Shown here one piece after another: positions 1-9,161 of a DNA stretch of 64,000 nucleotides (position 1 is its first letter; every line of letters begins with the position of its first letter). Below the pieces are notes generated by a model. It was not told the origin of the DNA and made no database searches. It saw only the letters and a program-made list of their open reading frames with translations. This stretch comes from Deltaproteobacteria bacterium. Lineage in GTDB: Bacteria > UBA10199 > GCA-002796325 > JACPFF01. Location of the stretch: NCBI GenBank assembly GCA_016183065.1, contig JACPFF010000005.1:21-64020 (forward strand), read 5' to 3'. The position numbers and the translations under genes were made by a program.

Positions 1-55
1 CCACGTGATACTTTAAATCATAGACCGTATGGGCGCCCCGACGATACAGCTGCAT
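1..55 (-). mobile_element. tnpA: IS200/IS605-family Y1 transposase TnpA, N-terminus (runs off window)
   Basis: Manual translation from ATG at 55 gives MQLYRRGAHTVYDLKYHV, the typical TnpA start (HTVY.L.YH). Not in the ORF track. Upstream hairpin TCGCCT-AA-AGGCGA at 79-92 resembles an IS200 left end. Confidence 0.85.
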
Positions 56-162
56 GCCCCACTTCTTACCTAAAGGGATCGCCTAAAGGCGAGGGCTTTT
101 CTCCCAAAGCTCCGAGAGTAACCTATTAATCAAATTGCCATACTGTTCAGGGGGATGGAAGT

Positions 163-266
163 TCTTATCCCTGCGGGACTGGATAAGAGCGATTTTATAA
201 CCATTCGAAATAGTTAGCAATTATAGCCTTCTTAGGCTTGTTATCCTAGCAGCTTGGATAACAAGC
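163..266. repeat. Two related palindromes TTATCC-N9/10-GGATAA
   Basis: TCTTATCC-N10-GGATAAGA at 163-188 and GCTTGTTATCC-N9-GGATAACAAGC at 236-266, downstream of fic. Confidence 0.6.
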
Positions 267-284
267 TCCATTTATTGCCGATAA

Positions 285-1406
285 TTATCCAAAATATTGC
301 CGATATTTTACCGATAACTTATAGGCCCGTTTCCGATTCGATGGATTTGCCACCACCAGCAATGCTTCGGAGACCCAAGCATTGAGCAATAAACGGGCTG
401 AGCGTTCCGAAAGGCACAATACCTTGGCCACCTGATTTGTGGTCACAATCTCCTGTTTGGCAAACAAGCCCAATACCACCCTGGCTCGCGGATCCAATTT
501 ACGTAATCCTGCCGGCTCCACCAAGCCCTTCTTCTTCTGATACTTTTTTGTTTCTTTCTCGGCAGCCGCAAAGACCTCGGCCAGGATTTTAGAAAAATAA
601 GTAAGCCAAGCGGTCAAATCAGCATCGGCACGACCTTCGTAGTAATTGTGATGAGGATGAGTCGCCAATAGTCGGTAATAGGTCTCCAAATCCCTGGCAT
701 GATGTTCCTCAAGCGAGAAGAATCCGTTCAATCCATAACCTCCCCGATGGAGAATAAAGGTTGCAAGCAATCTGGCTGTCCGACCGTTCCCATCATAATA
801 AGGATGGATGGTGACAAATTGATAGTGCACCAGAGCAGCAATCAATGGAACGGGCAGATTCTCTCGTTCAGCTTTACGAGCCCAAGCCACCATGGCCTTC
901 ATTAATCCGGACACATCGTGGGCTTGCGGCGGCAAATAAACCATCGCGCCCGATGCGGAATCTCGAATAACATTCTGTCCATCCCGATAATCGCTGGGTT
1001 TGCTATGGGGGCCCTTCATCACAATTGAATGGAGCCGGTTTATCATGATTTCAGTTAATTCCATCTCTTTGACAGCCCACTCTTCAATCCGTAGCAGGGC
1101 TGTCCAATAATTACGGACTTCACTCACGTCCCTTTCACGACCATGAAAGCGAACGGGTTTGTTCTCGATCACCTTTTTGGCTTCGCCCAAGGTGAGGCGG
1201 TTGCCCTCGATTTGCGTGGAGTAATGCGATGATCTCACGCGCGCCTTGTGACGCAATTCCGCCGCCGCCACAGGAGATAAGGGAGTATGTTCCACCACCG
1301 CTTTGGCCGCTTCGATGTCCATCAATTGGCGAGCAATGAATGCCGTGAGCGTATAGCGAGGCTCCCAAGCGATGATGTTTACTTTCTTTGGCAATTTCTC
1401 AGACAT
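285..1406 (-). CDS. Fic family protein with C-terminal winged-HTH-like region
   Basis: Fic motif HPYYDGNGRTAR and inhibitory-type STQIEGN motif; ATG at 1406 chosen. Confidence 0.92.
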   Translation of the reverse strand: MSEKLPKKVNIIAWEPRYTLTAFIARQLMDIEAAKAVVEHTPLSPVAAAELRHKARVRSSHYSTQIEGNRLTLGEAKKVIENKPVRFHGRERDVSEVRNYWTALLRIEEWAVKEMELTEIMINRLHSIVMKGPHSKPSDYRDGQNVIRDSASGAMVYLPPQAHDVSGLMKAMVAWARKAERENLPVPLIAALVHYQFVTIHPYYDGNGRTARLLATFILHRGGYGLNGFFSLEEHHARDLETYYRLLATHPHHNYYEGRADADLTAWLTYFSKILAEVFAAAEKETKKYQKKKGLVEPAGLRKLDPRARVVLGLFAKQEIVTTNQVAKVLCLSERSARLLLNAWVSEALLVVANPSNRKRAYKLSVKYRQYFG

Positions 1407-1738
1407 GAATTCCAATCTTTCTTTTTTAAAAGCTTCAACTGCGGCATTTCTGTCTCCGCCCACGAATCCTTTGACTCTGCCAATTCAATCAACGTCGGTG
1501 CCACGTTCCAGTGCCCGCCGTTGTCGGTGATGACTGTGACCGACTTCCGGTTGAAACGGGTGAGTGTCCCCGTTTGAGGTTCATGCCCAGACGGATGAAA
1601 CGTCACCCGGTCGCCAATTTTGAATTTGAACATCTCCTTGTGCGAACGGATCTGGCGCATGAGGCGCAACCGTTCCACGATCTTGTGGTTGAGTTCTATG
1701 AGTTCGGCTTCGGTCAGGTGGTCGATGTTGAGTTTCAT
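1379..1738 (-). CDS. Small conserved hypothetical protein (helix plus SH3/KOW-like FKIGDRVTF...WNVAP)
   Basis: GGAGGA RBS before ATG 1738; overlaps the fic start and lies 4 nt downstream of the mrr stop. Confidence 0.7.
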   Translation of the reverse strand: MKLNIDHLTEAELIELNHKIVERLRLMRQIRSHKEMFKFKIGDRVTFHPSGHEPQTGTLTRFNRKSVTVITDNGGHWNVAPTLIELAESKDSWAETEMPQLKLLKKKDWNSCLRNCQRK

Positions 1739-1742
1739 AATT

Positions 1743-2645
1743 TCATTCCTCCACAAAGTAGTCTGTATCCAACCGGTTCACATTATAAGTAGCTACTGAA
1801 ACGACACCAACATTGTGATCAATCATCAGTTCAGCCATCTCTTCGCCATCAAGAAGGACGAGCTTTGTATCAATGTTAGCGGCATATTGTCTGGCTTCTG
1901 TTGAAAAGGATGAGGTGGTAATAAAAATTCCCTTCTTGGCCCGCTTACCCTGCAATGCTCCGGCAAACTTCTGAATTTCTGGTCGCCCAACCGGATTCTC
2001 CCATCTCTTGGCTTGAATATAGATGATATCCAGCCCAAGCCTGTCCTCCTTAATGATACCATCGATACCTTCGTCACCACTTTTTCCAATAGCTTGTCCC
2101 GCATCTTTCTTGCTGCCGCCATAGCCCATCTTTAGAAGCAGATCGACGACGATCTTCTCAAACATACTGGGAGGCGTAGATTTGAGTTGATAAAGCAAGT
2201 CGGTCACAAGACCTGATCGGAGGCTTGCGTAGGCACGCTCCAGTGATTCTTCCGGTGTAGCATCGAAGGTATTGTTAACCTCGTTGTCATCCTTCTTTTT
2301 CTTTAGGGATTGGAACTCGATAAATTCCGGAAACTGTAGCAAAAGCTTTCTGTCGATCCTTTCAGGATTGCGAGAGAGAACATCTATGCCCCGTTCCGTA
2401 ATCTTGAGATATCCCCGACGAGTCGATTCCAGGAGTCCGGCTTTTTTCATGTATGTTCGTGACCATGCAACTCGATTTTCAAAAATAGACTGCTGGCCGC
2501 TTGGCAATAGCTGCCGTCTTTCCGGATCTGTGAGACTAAACTTTTTCGTCAATGCTTCAATGCTCTCCCCAAGAGAATGCTCCTGCTTATCACTGATATG
2601 CAGGAGCAAGGGAAGCATGATTGTTTGATAATCGGGAATTGGCAT
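1743..2645 (-). CDS. mrr: Mrr type IV restriction endonuclease
   Basis: Mrr_N (MPIPDYQ...RVAWSRTY) plus catalytic GDEGIDG...IQAKRW. Confidence 0.96.
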   Translation of the reverse strand: MPIPDYQTIMLPLLLHISDKQEHSLGESIEALTKKFSLTDPERRQLLPSGQQSIFENRVAWSRTYMKKAGLLESTRRGYLKITERGIDVLSRNPERIDRKLLLQFPEFIEFQSLKKKKDDNEVNNTFDATPEESLERAYASLRSGLVTDLLYQLKSTPPSMFEKIVVDLLLKMGYGGSKKDAGQAIGKSGDEGIDGIIKEDRLGLDIIYIQAKRWENPVGRPEIQKFAGALQGKRAKKGIFITTSSFSTEARQYAANIDTKLVLLDGEEMAELMIDHNVGVVSVATYNVNRLDTDYFVEE

Positions 2646-2711
2646 ATGGGACTCCTATGTCAGACATCAAAATTTTGAGAGCCGCGATCGTACAATTTTA
2701 CGGGAGAAAAT

Positions 2712-3821
2712 TCAATTCAAAGATTCCCGAATGTGACGCATCATCTGGACCTTTGGGCTATCCAAAATCGGACAACTTTCGAGATTCTTTTTGAGCCGGT
2801 GCCACGTTCGATTCGAGGTCTTCCCGGTGAGAGAGCGAAGGCCCCGGATTCCGACGGATTGGATTAGGGACAGCCCGCCTAAAACCTGAAGGGCCTTTGC
2901 CGGTTTTATCCCACTGCTGGTTAGGAGCCGGAAAAGCTCCTCCGGCTTATGTTGTGACAGTGATACGATGTTCAGTTCCCGCCCGATCAGTCCCCAAAAG
3001 TGAAGAAGGATTGTTTGGGCGATATCCCGGCACAAGGCATCGTGTAGTGTTTGTGGTGGCGACAACCCAAGTTTCTCGCACAGGCTTCTGATCTTGCGCC
3101 GTGTATTGAGGCGCACTTCCATCCGCAGGACTTCCAGCCCTTTCGGCAAGCCACCACCCTTGAGCATTCCCAATTGGACCCAGTTGTCGTTTTCAATGGC
3201 ACGCCGCTCACTGATGCGAGCCTGTTCCAGATCCTTGATCTTGTCGTAAAACACCACCTCGTAACTGTTGGCATGGAATCGCACCGCATGACTTTCGTTG
3301 CGGTAATCAGTTTTATTGAGATCAAGCCGCTTGGTCAGATACAGCTTCCCCAGCTCCGAAATCACCATCGAAGAGGTGATGTGCTTGGGCAGGATGATGT
3401 TTTTGAAATAGTGGATGGCGGAGGGAACAGAATTTTCCGGAGAATGGGCAAAAAACAGACCCATAGTTTCAGCTAACTGATTGCCGAATAAGGAGCTGTC
3501 GCCAGTCCTGATTTGCAGCTGGTCTTCAGGGGTAATCTCGGTGAAATTATTCCCGTATAAAAGCTTCAGGATGGAACATTCAATACGCAGTGATGTTGAT
3601 GGCCTCCCACTCATCATCCGCCTGGTCAGGGTGAGTCTGGGCCGGTAACGACCATAGTACTTGTCCTCGGTGGTGGAGTTTTGAATGCAACGGATGACGC
3701 CACCTCTTCCGAGCTTGTAAAACGGCGGTTCAAAGAGACCACGAGCGGAGGGAGTGCATTTATCGTAATCCCGCACCTGAAATTGGTCTTCAGGTAATGT
3801 CAGAACAATCGTGTCGATCAT
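2712..3821 (-). CDS. Putative rolling-circle replication initiator (phage gene II/X / Rep_trans-like)
   Basis: MIDTI start, ECS..KLL.GNN, FYDK (candidate catalytic Tyr) and LRMEVRL motifs. Confidence 0.65.
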   Translation of the reverse strand: MIDTIVLTLPEDQFQVRDYDKCTPSARGLFEPPFYKLGRGGVIRCIQNSTTEDKYYGRYRPRLTLTRRMMSGRPSTSLRIECSILKLLYGNNFTEITPEDQLQIRTGDSSLFGNQLAETMGLFFAHSPENSVPSAIHYFKNIILPKHITSSMVISELGKLYLTKRLDLNKTDYRNESHAVRFHANSYEVVFYDKIKDLEQARISERRAIENDNWVQLGMLKGGGLPKGLEVLRMEVRLNTRRKIRSLCEKLGLSPPQTLHDALCRDIAQTILLHFWGLIGRELNIVSLSQHKPEELFRLLTSSGIKPAKALQVLGGLSLIQSVGIRGLRSLTGKTSNRTWHRLKKNLESCPILDSPKVQMMRHIRESLN

Positions 3822-4088
3822 AGGCTTTGCTCATTACGTTCTTCAGTTTCATGAAAATGGCCTGCTCAATGGTTTGGTCGGATGGCCCGATTGATCGGAT
3901 GAGAAGATCGGGCGATTATTCAGCGGGCTTTTCTTGGTGGGATAGGTCGGGCGGTAGCCGGTGCCGTCGAGCCTTTGGTGAACCCCGATGGAACCCAAAT
4001 AAAATGCGTCATCAATGACGCCGCTGGAAAAACCGATCAGCCCATCAGCGGGCTTGATGAATTGAATGTTCACTTCGGAGATTTTCAT
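3794..4088 (-). pseudogene. SpoVG-like nucleic acid-binding protein, frameshifted near 3' end
   Basis: MKISEVNIQFIKP..GLIGF...YPTKK. Removing two single bases restores IFHPINRAIDQTIEQAIFMKLK, a SpoVG-like C-terminus. Confidence 0.65.
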
Positions 4089-4236
4089 GACGTCGATCCT
4101 TTCGTTCTTTATCGATTTGGAGAAGCAGTTCGAAAAAACCGAGCAGGCTGAGGGCGCTCTCATTCAGCTCTTGGTCGGAATCATTCTGGGCATGATTCCT
4201 GATGGACTCCCGAATTTCGGCAAAACTGTCCCCCAT
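4045..4236 (-). CDS. Small hypothetical protein of the Rep/SpoVG module
   Basis: 63 aa ORF (…LLGFFELLLQIDK…) overlapping the spoVG-like start in the same orientation. Confidence 0.5.
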   Translation of the reverse strand: MGDSFAEIRESIRNHAQNDSDQELNESALSLLGFFELLLQIDKERKDRRHENLRSEHSIHQAR

Positions 4237-4737
4237 GCCCCAGATTACGGGATGGCCGAAAACTGCGGGGTGTTTCCGATCCGGAAAGGTTTTTCAGGAT
4301 GGTGAGATCTGGGGGGGTAGCTCCCAGTTGGATGGGCATCGCGCCACGTGGGCCAAATTAGGCGGCCTGTGGGGCCAACAGCTCGCGAATGGCGGGGACA
4401 AAGGGCGTGAAGGCCATAATCTCCTTGAAATGTTCAGTTCGAAATGTGTTTATGAATAGGCGCAAAAATTTGGCTTGAGACAAATTTCCCCCGAAGAACG
4501 AAAAACGTGAACGAATTACGGTATTTGTTTTTCGGGTCATCGTGATATCGAATGGGTAAATTGAGGGGTTGAAATGCCTGTAAACCTTACTGAAAGCGGA
4601 CAATGAAAGGATTGAAGGGTTTAAAAACCTGTAGGAACGAAGGATGCAAATCGGTTTCCCGGATTTTATCCTAAGTCAGGTGTTCAGGGGATTTTTGGAG
4701 ATCCGATGCCAATGCTGATTTCTAGGACGGTCACAAC

Positions 4738-5202
4738 ATGAGCACGCTCAAAAAAATTCTCTCAGGTGGTCAGACGGGCGTTGATCGCGCGGTTTTGGAT
4801 GTCGCTTTGGCACGGCACATCCCTTGTGGCGGATGGTGCCCAAGAGGAAGACGGGCCGAGGATGGCACGATTGCACTCACCTATCCGCTTCAAGAGACTC
4901 CGCTGGATGATTATGTGCAGCGTACGGAATGGAATGTGCGCGACGCAGATGGATTATTAATTGTACATTATGGAAAACCTACGGGCGGTACAGCGCTGGC
5001 CGTGGCGTTCGCTCAACAATATTGCAGGCCGTATTTCTTGATCGACTTAACGAAGAGACCAGACAAACGCGCCTTTCATCGCTGGTTGGAGGAAAATGCC
5101 ATTGAAACGTTAAGTGTGGGCGGCCCCAGGGAGAGTCATGCACCTGGGTTTATTTATGCGAAGGCGAAGATGGTTTTCAAAAAATTATTGGATTGCCCGT
5201 AG
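4738..5202 (+). CDS. Putative molybdenum carrier / SLOG (cpYpsA-like) protein
   Basis: ISGGQTGVDRA, GGWCP.GR.AEDG, RTEWNVRDAD, GPRES. Confidence 0.88.
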   Translation: MSTLKKILSGGQTGVDRAVLDVALARHIPCGGWCPRGRRAEDGTIALTYPLQETPLDDYVQRTEWNVRDADGLLIVHYGKPTGGTALAVAFAQQYCRPYFLIDLTKRPDKRAFHRWLEENAIETLSVGGPRESHAPGFIYAKAKMVFKKLLDCP

Positions 5203-5256
5203 CGCTCGGCCTCAGTACTCTTTTCGGAAGACCCAGTAGCATAACGGGGGCATTCC

Positions 5257-5631
5257 ATGTGGACGCTGTGCATATTGGCCATCGCAGGCGCCGCAGGTAC
5301 ACTCGCCCGCTACACCCTCGGCGGATGGGCACACCAGTGGCTGGGGTCACAGTTTCCCTATGGCACACTGGTCGTCAATCTCGCTGGGTGCCTGACTATC
5401 GGCTTTCTTGGCACCCTGTCGGATGAACGATCCCTCTTCTCTTCTGAGGTACGCATTGCCCTTTTTATCGGCTTTCTTGGCGCATTGACCACCTACTCCA
5501 GCGTTGCCTATGAAACCTGGGCCATGTTGAAGGATGGCGAAGTCCTTGTTGCGTTGCTCAACGTTTTCGGTGGTTTTGCGGCCTGTTTTGCCGGCCTCTT
5601 CCTCGGGGTGTTACTCGCGAGGCTCACGTAG
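5257..5631 (+). CDS. crcB: Fluoride efflux channel Fluc/CrcB
   Basis: FPYGTL.VN and GFLGALTTYS motifs; 4 TM segments. Confidence 0.95.
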   Translation: MWTLCILAIAGAAGTLARYTLGGWAHQWLGSQFPYGTLVVNLAGCLTIGFLGTLSDERSLFSSEVRIALFIGFLGALTTYSSVAYETWAMLKDGEVLVALLNVFGGFAACFAGLFLGVLLARLT

Positions 5632-5641
5632 AAGGAGAGAG

Positions 5642-6013
5642 ATGATGAAAATCCCGGTCACTGGAAAACTTTTGCGCATTTTCATCGGGGAATCCGATCG
5701 ATACGATGGCAAACCACTGTATGAAGCCATTCTGCTGCGCGCACGGGGAGAGGGATTGGCCGGCTGCACGGTGATCCGCGGCCTCGCAGGATTTGGCGCC
5801 TCCAGCCGCGTGCATACCACGAAGATTCTCCGCCTCTCCGAAGATCTCCCCATGGTCATTGAAATCGTCGATGCTGAAGCAAAGATCGATCAATTTGTGA
5901 AAGAGATTGACGGGATGATTCAGGAAGGCCTCGTCACCGTCGAACAGGTCCAGGTTATAGTCTATCGACATCACGAGGCAAATGTATCCGCGGATATCAC
6001 GGATCGGTTCTGA
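5642..6013 (+). CDS. DUF190 PII-like protein
   Basis: LLRIFIGESD...LSEDLP.VIEIVD; usual crcB neighbour; AGGAG RBS. Confidence 0.92.
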   Translation: MMKIPVTGKLLRIFIGESDRYDGKPLYEAILLRARGEGLAGCTVIRGLAGFGASSRVHTTKILRLSEDLPMVIEIVDAEAKIDQFVKEIDGMIQEGLVTVEQVQVIVYRHHEANVSADITDRF

Positions 6014-6083
6014 CAGGCTTGATGCCACCACGGATCCTCTGCCCTCAGACCTGACTCTCTCCTGGGCCTGACTGGACCTGACC

Positions 6084-6110
6084 GCAACTTCTTTCTGCGA
6101 CTGCCGATAC
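6084..6110 (+). promoter_or_regulatory. Sigma28-like promoter motif
   Basis: GCAACT-N13-GCCGATAC. Confidence 0.7.
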
Positions 6111-6167
6111 CGTACTGGAGTGGGTGGAGGTCTGTTCCATCAGGCGATAGGGCAAGGAGATCAGAAC

Positions 6168-7112
6168 ATGGCCGGCGCACAACTGTCGCTTGTGGCTCAA
6201 ACCGCTCGACAATATATCCGAGCTTTTCAGCAGACACCAATACCCCGGGCACCGACGCGCCGATTCTTTCGAACCGATCCCGATGCGGGTCGCCTGCTGG
6301 AAAACTGCGTGGCACATCCCCGGCTCACTGGCGCACTGTACCGCCACATGCAGGATTCCCAATTGCAAGGCGAAATCCTCCGTGCTGGTGTGGAGGCGAG
6401 CAATAACTATGAGGGAGGCCTCTCTCTCGGATTTCTTGATCCCGATATTCTCTGCACCGTCGGATCCGAGGAATTTCGCAAGGGATTTACGATGGGACAA
6501 GTCCTCTATTTGAAATTGCGCCCAGTCTCGGAAAAGCGATGGAAGCGATTCGGCACTCTGATGACCGGGGTTTCTTTACTCTATCTTCATGCGACACACC
6601 TGCCAGTCTATGACGCCCGATATCGGGACCTGATCGAATTCCTGACGGGTTCATCCGCGAAAATTGCGAGCGCGCTCTCGCTGGGATCCCTGATGGCCTA
6701 TGGGACCACGACCATGCTCGTGACACGACTCCTTGGCAATGATGCAGAACCCTCTCACCGTTTGATCATCAGGGGTCCATTCCGGTATCATCGGAATCCG
6801 TTTTACGCATCAGTGGGGATGGGGACAACACTCGGTGCGGCCTATCTGGCCCTCATGAATCTCCTGACGGTTTCGCCAAACTACCCCGTCTGTGGCGCGC
6901 TCGGTCTTGGCATGGCCGTGTTGTTCCGCGGGTATCATCTCGGCACCTTGCGGGATGAACGGGCCCTGGAAAAACAGTTTGGATCGGAATACCGCACGTA
7001 TCAGGCCGCGACACCGCGCTACCTTCCCTCGCTGCGTGCACTCTGTTCCGATGCGTGGGGGTGGCTTGCCGGACATTGGCGGACGGCGGGGTCACGCAAA
7101 GAGCATGACTGA
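6168..7112 (+). CDS. ICMT/PEMT-family membrane methyltransferase with orphan N-terminal region
   Basis: LIIRGPFRYHRNPFY and ERALEKQFGSEYRTY...PRYLP; AGGAGA RBS before 6168. Confidence 0.75.
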   Translation: MAGAQLSLVAQTARQYIRAFQQTPIPRAPTRRFFRTDPDAGRLLENCVAHPRLTGALYRHMQDSQLQGEILRAGVEASNNYEGGLSLGFLDPDILCTVGSEEFRKGFTMGQVLYLKLRPVSEKRWKRFGTLMTGVSLLYLHATHLPVYDARYRDLIEFLTGSSAKIASALSLGSLMAYGTTTMLVTRLLGNDAEPSHRLIIRGPFRYHRNPFYASVGMGTTLGAAYLALMNLLTVSPNYPVCGALGLGMAVLFRGYHLGTLRDERALEKQFGSEYRTYQAATPRYLPSLRALCSDAWGWLAGHWRTAGSRKEHD

Positions 7113-7124
7113 CACGAGTGCCTC

Positions 7125-7715
7125 TCACTCAATCCACAACCGCAGTCCCAACGCCTTGAGAATTTTCAGCACATTCGAGAGGCGGATATCCTGGCCTCCC
7201 TTGAATTTGCTCAATGCCACTTGTGTAAGGCCGGTTTTTTCGGCGAGGGTGCGGATGGTCATCCGTTGTTGTGCCACATGCGCAAAGACCACTGCCGCGG
7301 CCTCTTGCGGGCGCTCGACGATGACGGTCTTGGAGGTCCAGGCCTTTCCGAAAAGTTGTTCCACACATGGTCGGTATTTGGCATCGAGCCGTGCCAAATG
7401 GAGCATGTGCTCCTTGCTCAGACGCGACAGCATGAGAAAGCTGACAATGGGCGTCTGCAAGAGCTGGTTGATATTGTCGATCATCAATCCCGAACGTTTT
7501 GCATCCCATCGTCCACGTGTCAGCTGTTGAAAATACGCGAAGTGCTCATCGCCTCGCGGATCACGATCGAACACCAGTTGCAACATATGCGAGCCTGACG
7601 CATGACCCGAAATGTTTAGCTGATCCCAGATGACGCGCTTGATCGCCGTCTGGAGGCACAACTGGGCAGCATTCACGAACAAATCGATCTGCACTTTGTC
7701 TACCGGCATTGTCAT
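7125..7715 (-). CDS. Protein with C-terminal XRE HTH, candidate antitoxin
   Basis: MTIRTLAEKTGLTQVALSKF...IRLSNVLKILKALG; overlaps the kinase stop. Confidence 0.75.
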   Translation of the reverse strand: MTMPVDKVQIDLFVNAAQLCLQTAIKRVIWDQLNISGHASGSHMLQLVFDRDPRGDEHFAYFQQLTRGRWDAKRSGLMIDNINQLLQTPIVSFLMLSRLSKEHMLHLARLDAKYRPCVEQLFGKAWTSKTVIVERPQEAAAVVFAHVAQQRMTIRTLAEKTGLTQVALSKFKGGQDIRLSNVLKILKALGLRLWIE

Positions 7716-8440
7716 TGTGATTTCCGATACAACGCAAAAACATCCTGCAATGTTGCCACGGTCCGCATCTGCTGGAGACGGCGCTGTAATGCTTCTTGTT
7801 CGCCCCCGTCCCGCAGGGGGACGAGCTCCGGCAATCGCTGCTGCAGTTGCGCAATACGCTGTACCATATCACTTTTTGGTTTCTTGTGCAGCGCAGTACG
7901 GCACGCAATCTCAAAGAGCTGGAGGTAGTGGGGCAGGCTGCCATCATATCGAAGAAAACCGTGTGCGGAATCGATCAAAATGATCCGGCGTTGCACAAAG
8001 TCATACAAATAATTTGCATCATGACGATCGATTTGTCCGGTCAACCAATCAAAACAGGCGCACTCAAAGACATTGTCGAGATCCAACGCGAGCGGACCCT
8101 GGTCAGTGATGAAATGATGGGCATCCGGCAGATCCAACCACAGCTGCACGGTGGTCATGCGACCAAGGAGAACCAGCGGCGGGTTTTCAAGACCGAGCGC
8201 CTTCGCGACTCGATAGGCCCACCATTCACGCTCTGCAAGTGAACCACTCTTTACGGGAATCTGGCACTCACGGTGATTGCGTTCAGAGACCCGTTTCCAA
8301 AACAGCTTGCCGATTTTTGTCTGGTACAATCGCTGAATCGCGGTCTGACCTCGGGAAGGATAGTGCTCAAGGGCCAGTGGCACCATCTTCCCATGGGCCA
8401 GCGCCGATTGAATGCGCTTGAGAGTGAAGTCGCTCAACAT
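7712..8440 (-). CDS. HipA/PI3-PI4-kinase-like protein
   Basis: FWK...EREWWAY...FDWLTGQIDRHDANYL...LIDSAHGF. Confidence 0.75.
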   Translation of the reverse strand: MLSDFTLKRIQSALAHGKMVPLALEHYPSRGQTAIQRLYQTKIGKLFWKRVSERNHRECQIPVKSGSLAEREWWAYRVAKALGLENPPLVLLGRMTTVQLWLDLPDAHHFITDQGPLALDLDNVFECACFDWLTGQIDRHDANYLYDFVQRRIILIDSAHGFLRYDGSLPHYLQLFEIACRTALHKKPKSDMVQRIAQLQQRLPELVPLRDGGEQEALQRRLQQMRTVATLQDVFALYRKSQ

Positions 8441-8476
8441 GGAATAAAGTATACTTAATAAATTATAGTTTATCAA
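8441..8476 (-). promoter_or_regulatory. Sigma70 promoter, leaderless
   Basis: TTGATA-17-TATACT, 7 nt before ATG 8440. Confidence 0.75.
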
Positions 8477-8507
8477 TAATAGTTTTCTTTCTTGTTTTCT
8501 TTCTCCC

Positions 8508-8844
8508 TTAATGGTGAGAAGCGGCCAACGGTCCATCCGGGCGGACATGAGGTGCCAGCACGGCGTACGGGATCACCATTTCTTGGGGCCCGACCGCATA
8601 GGGGGCCACCTGGTAGAGATCAAAGGTGCTCCGCAATCCCTCTGGCGTGACACTCCATCGCACAAAATTTTCTCGGGTCGGTGCCACCCCTTCGTCGAAC
8701 AACCTGCCGTTCGACCACCGATACCTTGTCGGGCACTGCCGGCACCGTGGATGTCGCCGGTGACACGGCCGCGCCGGGCGGCGCGCTATGGCACACACTG
8801 GCGCAGAGCATGCCGACGGAACCGCACATCATGAATAATCGCAC
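8508..8844 (-). pseudogene. Deleted/frameshifted DUF3298 (RsiV-like) secreted protein
   Basis: Signal-peptide-like start in one frame; DUF3298-type F..YQVAPYAVGPQEMVIPY in another; central domain missing. Confidence 0.6.
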
Positions 8845-8972
8845 ACGTATAATACCGCCTCTCTCAGCGCTTTCACCCGTATTTTTCGCCAGGCGCCATC
8901 ATTATCTGTTGCGCGACTTTCAGCTGGTCAGCGACCAGATTTTCCTTTATGGAGCGGCGGAAGGAGCGTGGG

Positions 8973-9161
8973 ATGGGAAAAATCGGATGGACAGAGATCC
9001 TGGTGTTGTTGGCGGTGGTGCTGATCTTTTTTGGGGCCAAGCGGCTCCCTGAGATTGCGCGGTCCTTTGGGAAGAGCATCCAGGAATTCAAGAAAGGCTT
9101 CAGCGAAAAAGACCAGAATGGGCCTGATAAGGGCTCGCACAACCCGCCGCACAACCAATGA
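8973..9161 (+). CDS. tatA: Twin-arginine translocase TatA
   Basis: IGWTEILV...FFGAKRLPEIARSFGK. Confidence 0.95.
   Translation: MGKIGWTEILVLLAVVLIFFGAKRLPEIARSFGKSIQEFKKGFSEKDQNGPDKGSHNPPHNQ

Noticed and set aside
275-318. GCCGATAA as another sigma28-like promoter
   Set aside because: Lacks the GCAAC -35 at the right spacing and points antisense into fic
5200-5256. Fluoride riboswitch upstream of crcB
   Set aside because: No recognisable GGnGAUG...CC core in the short intergenic region
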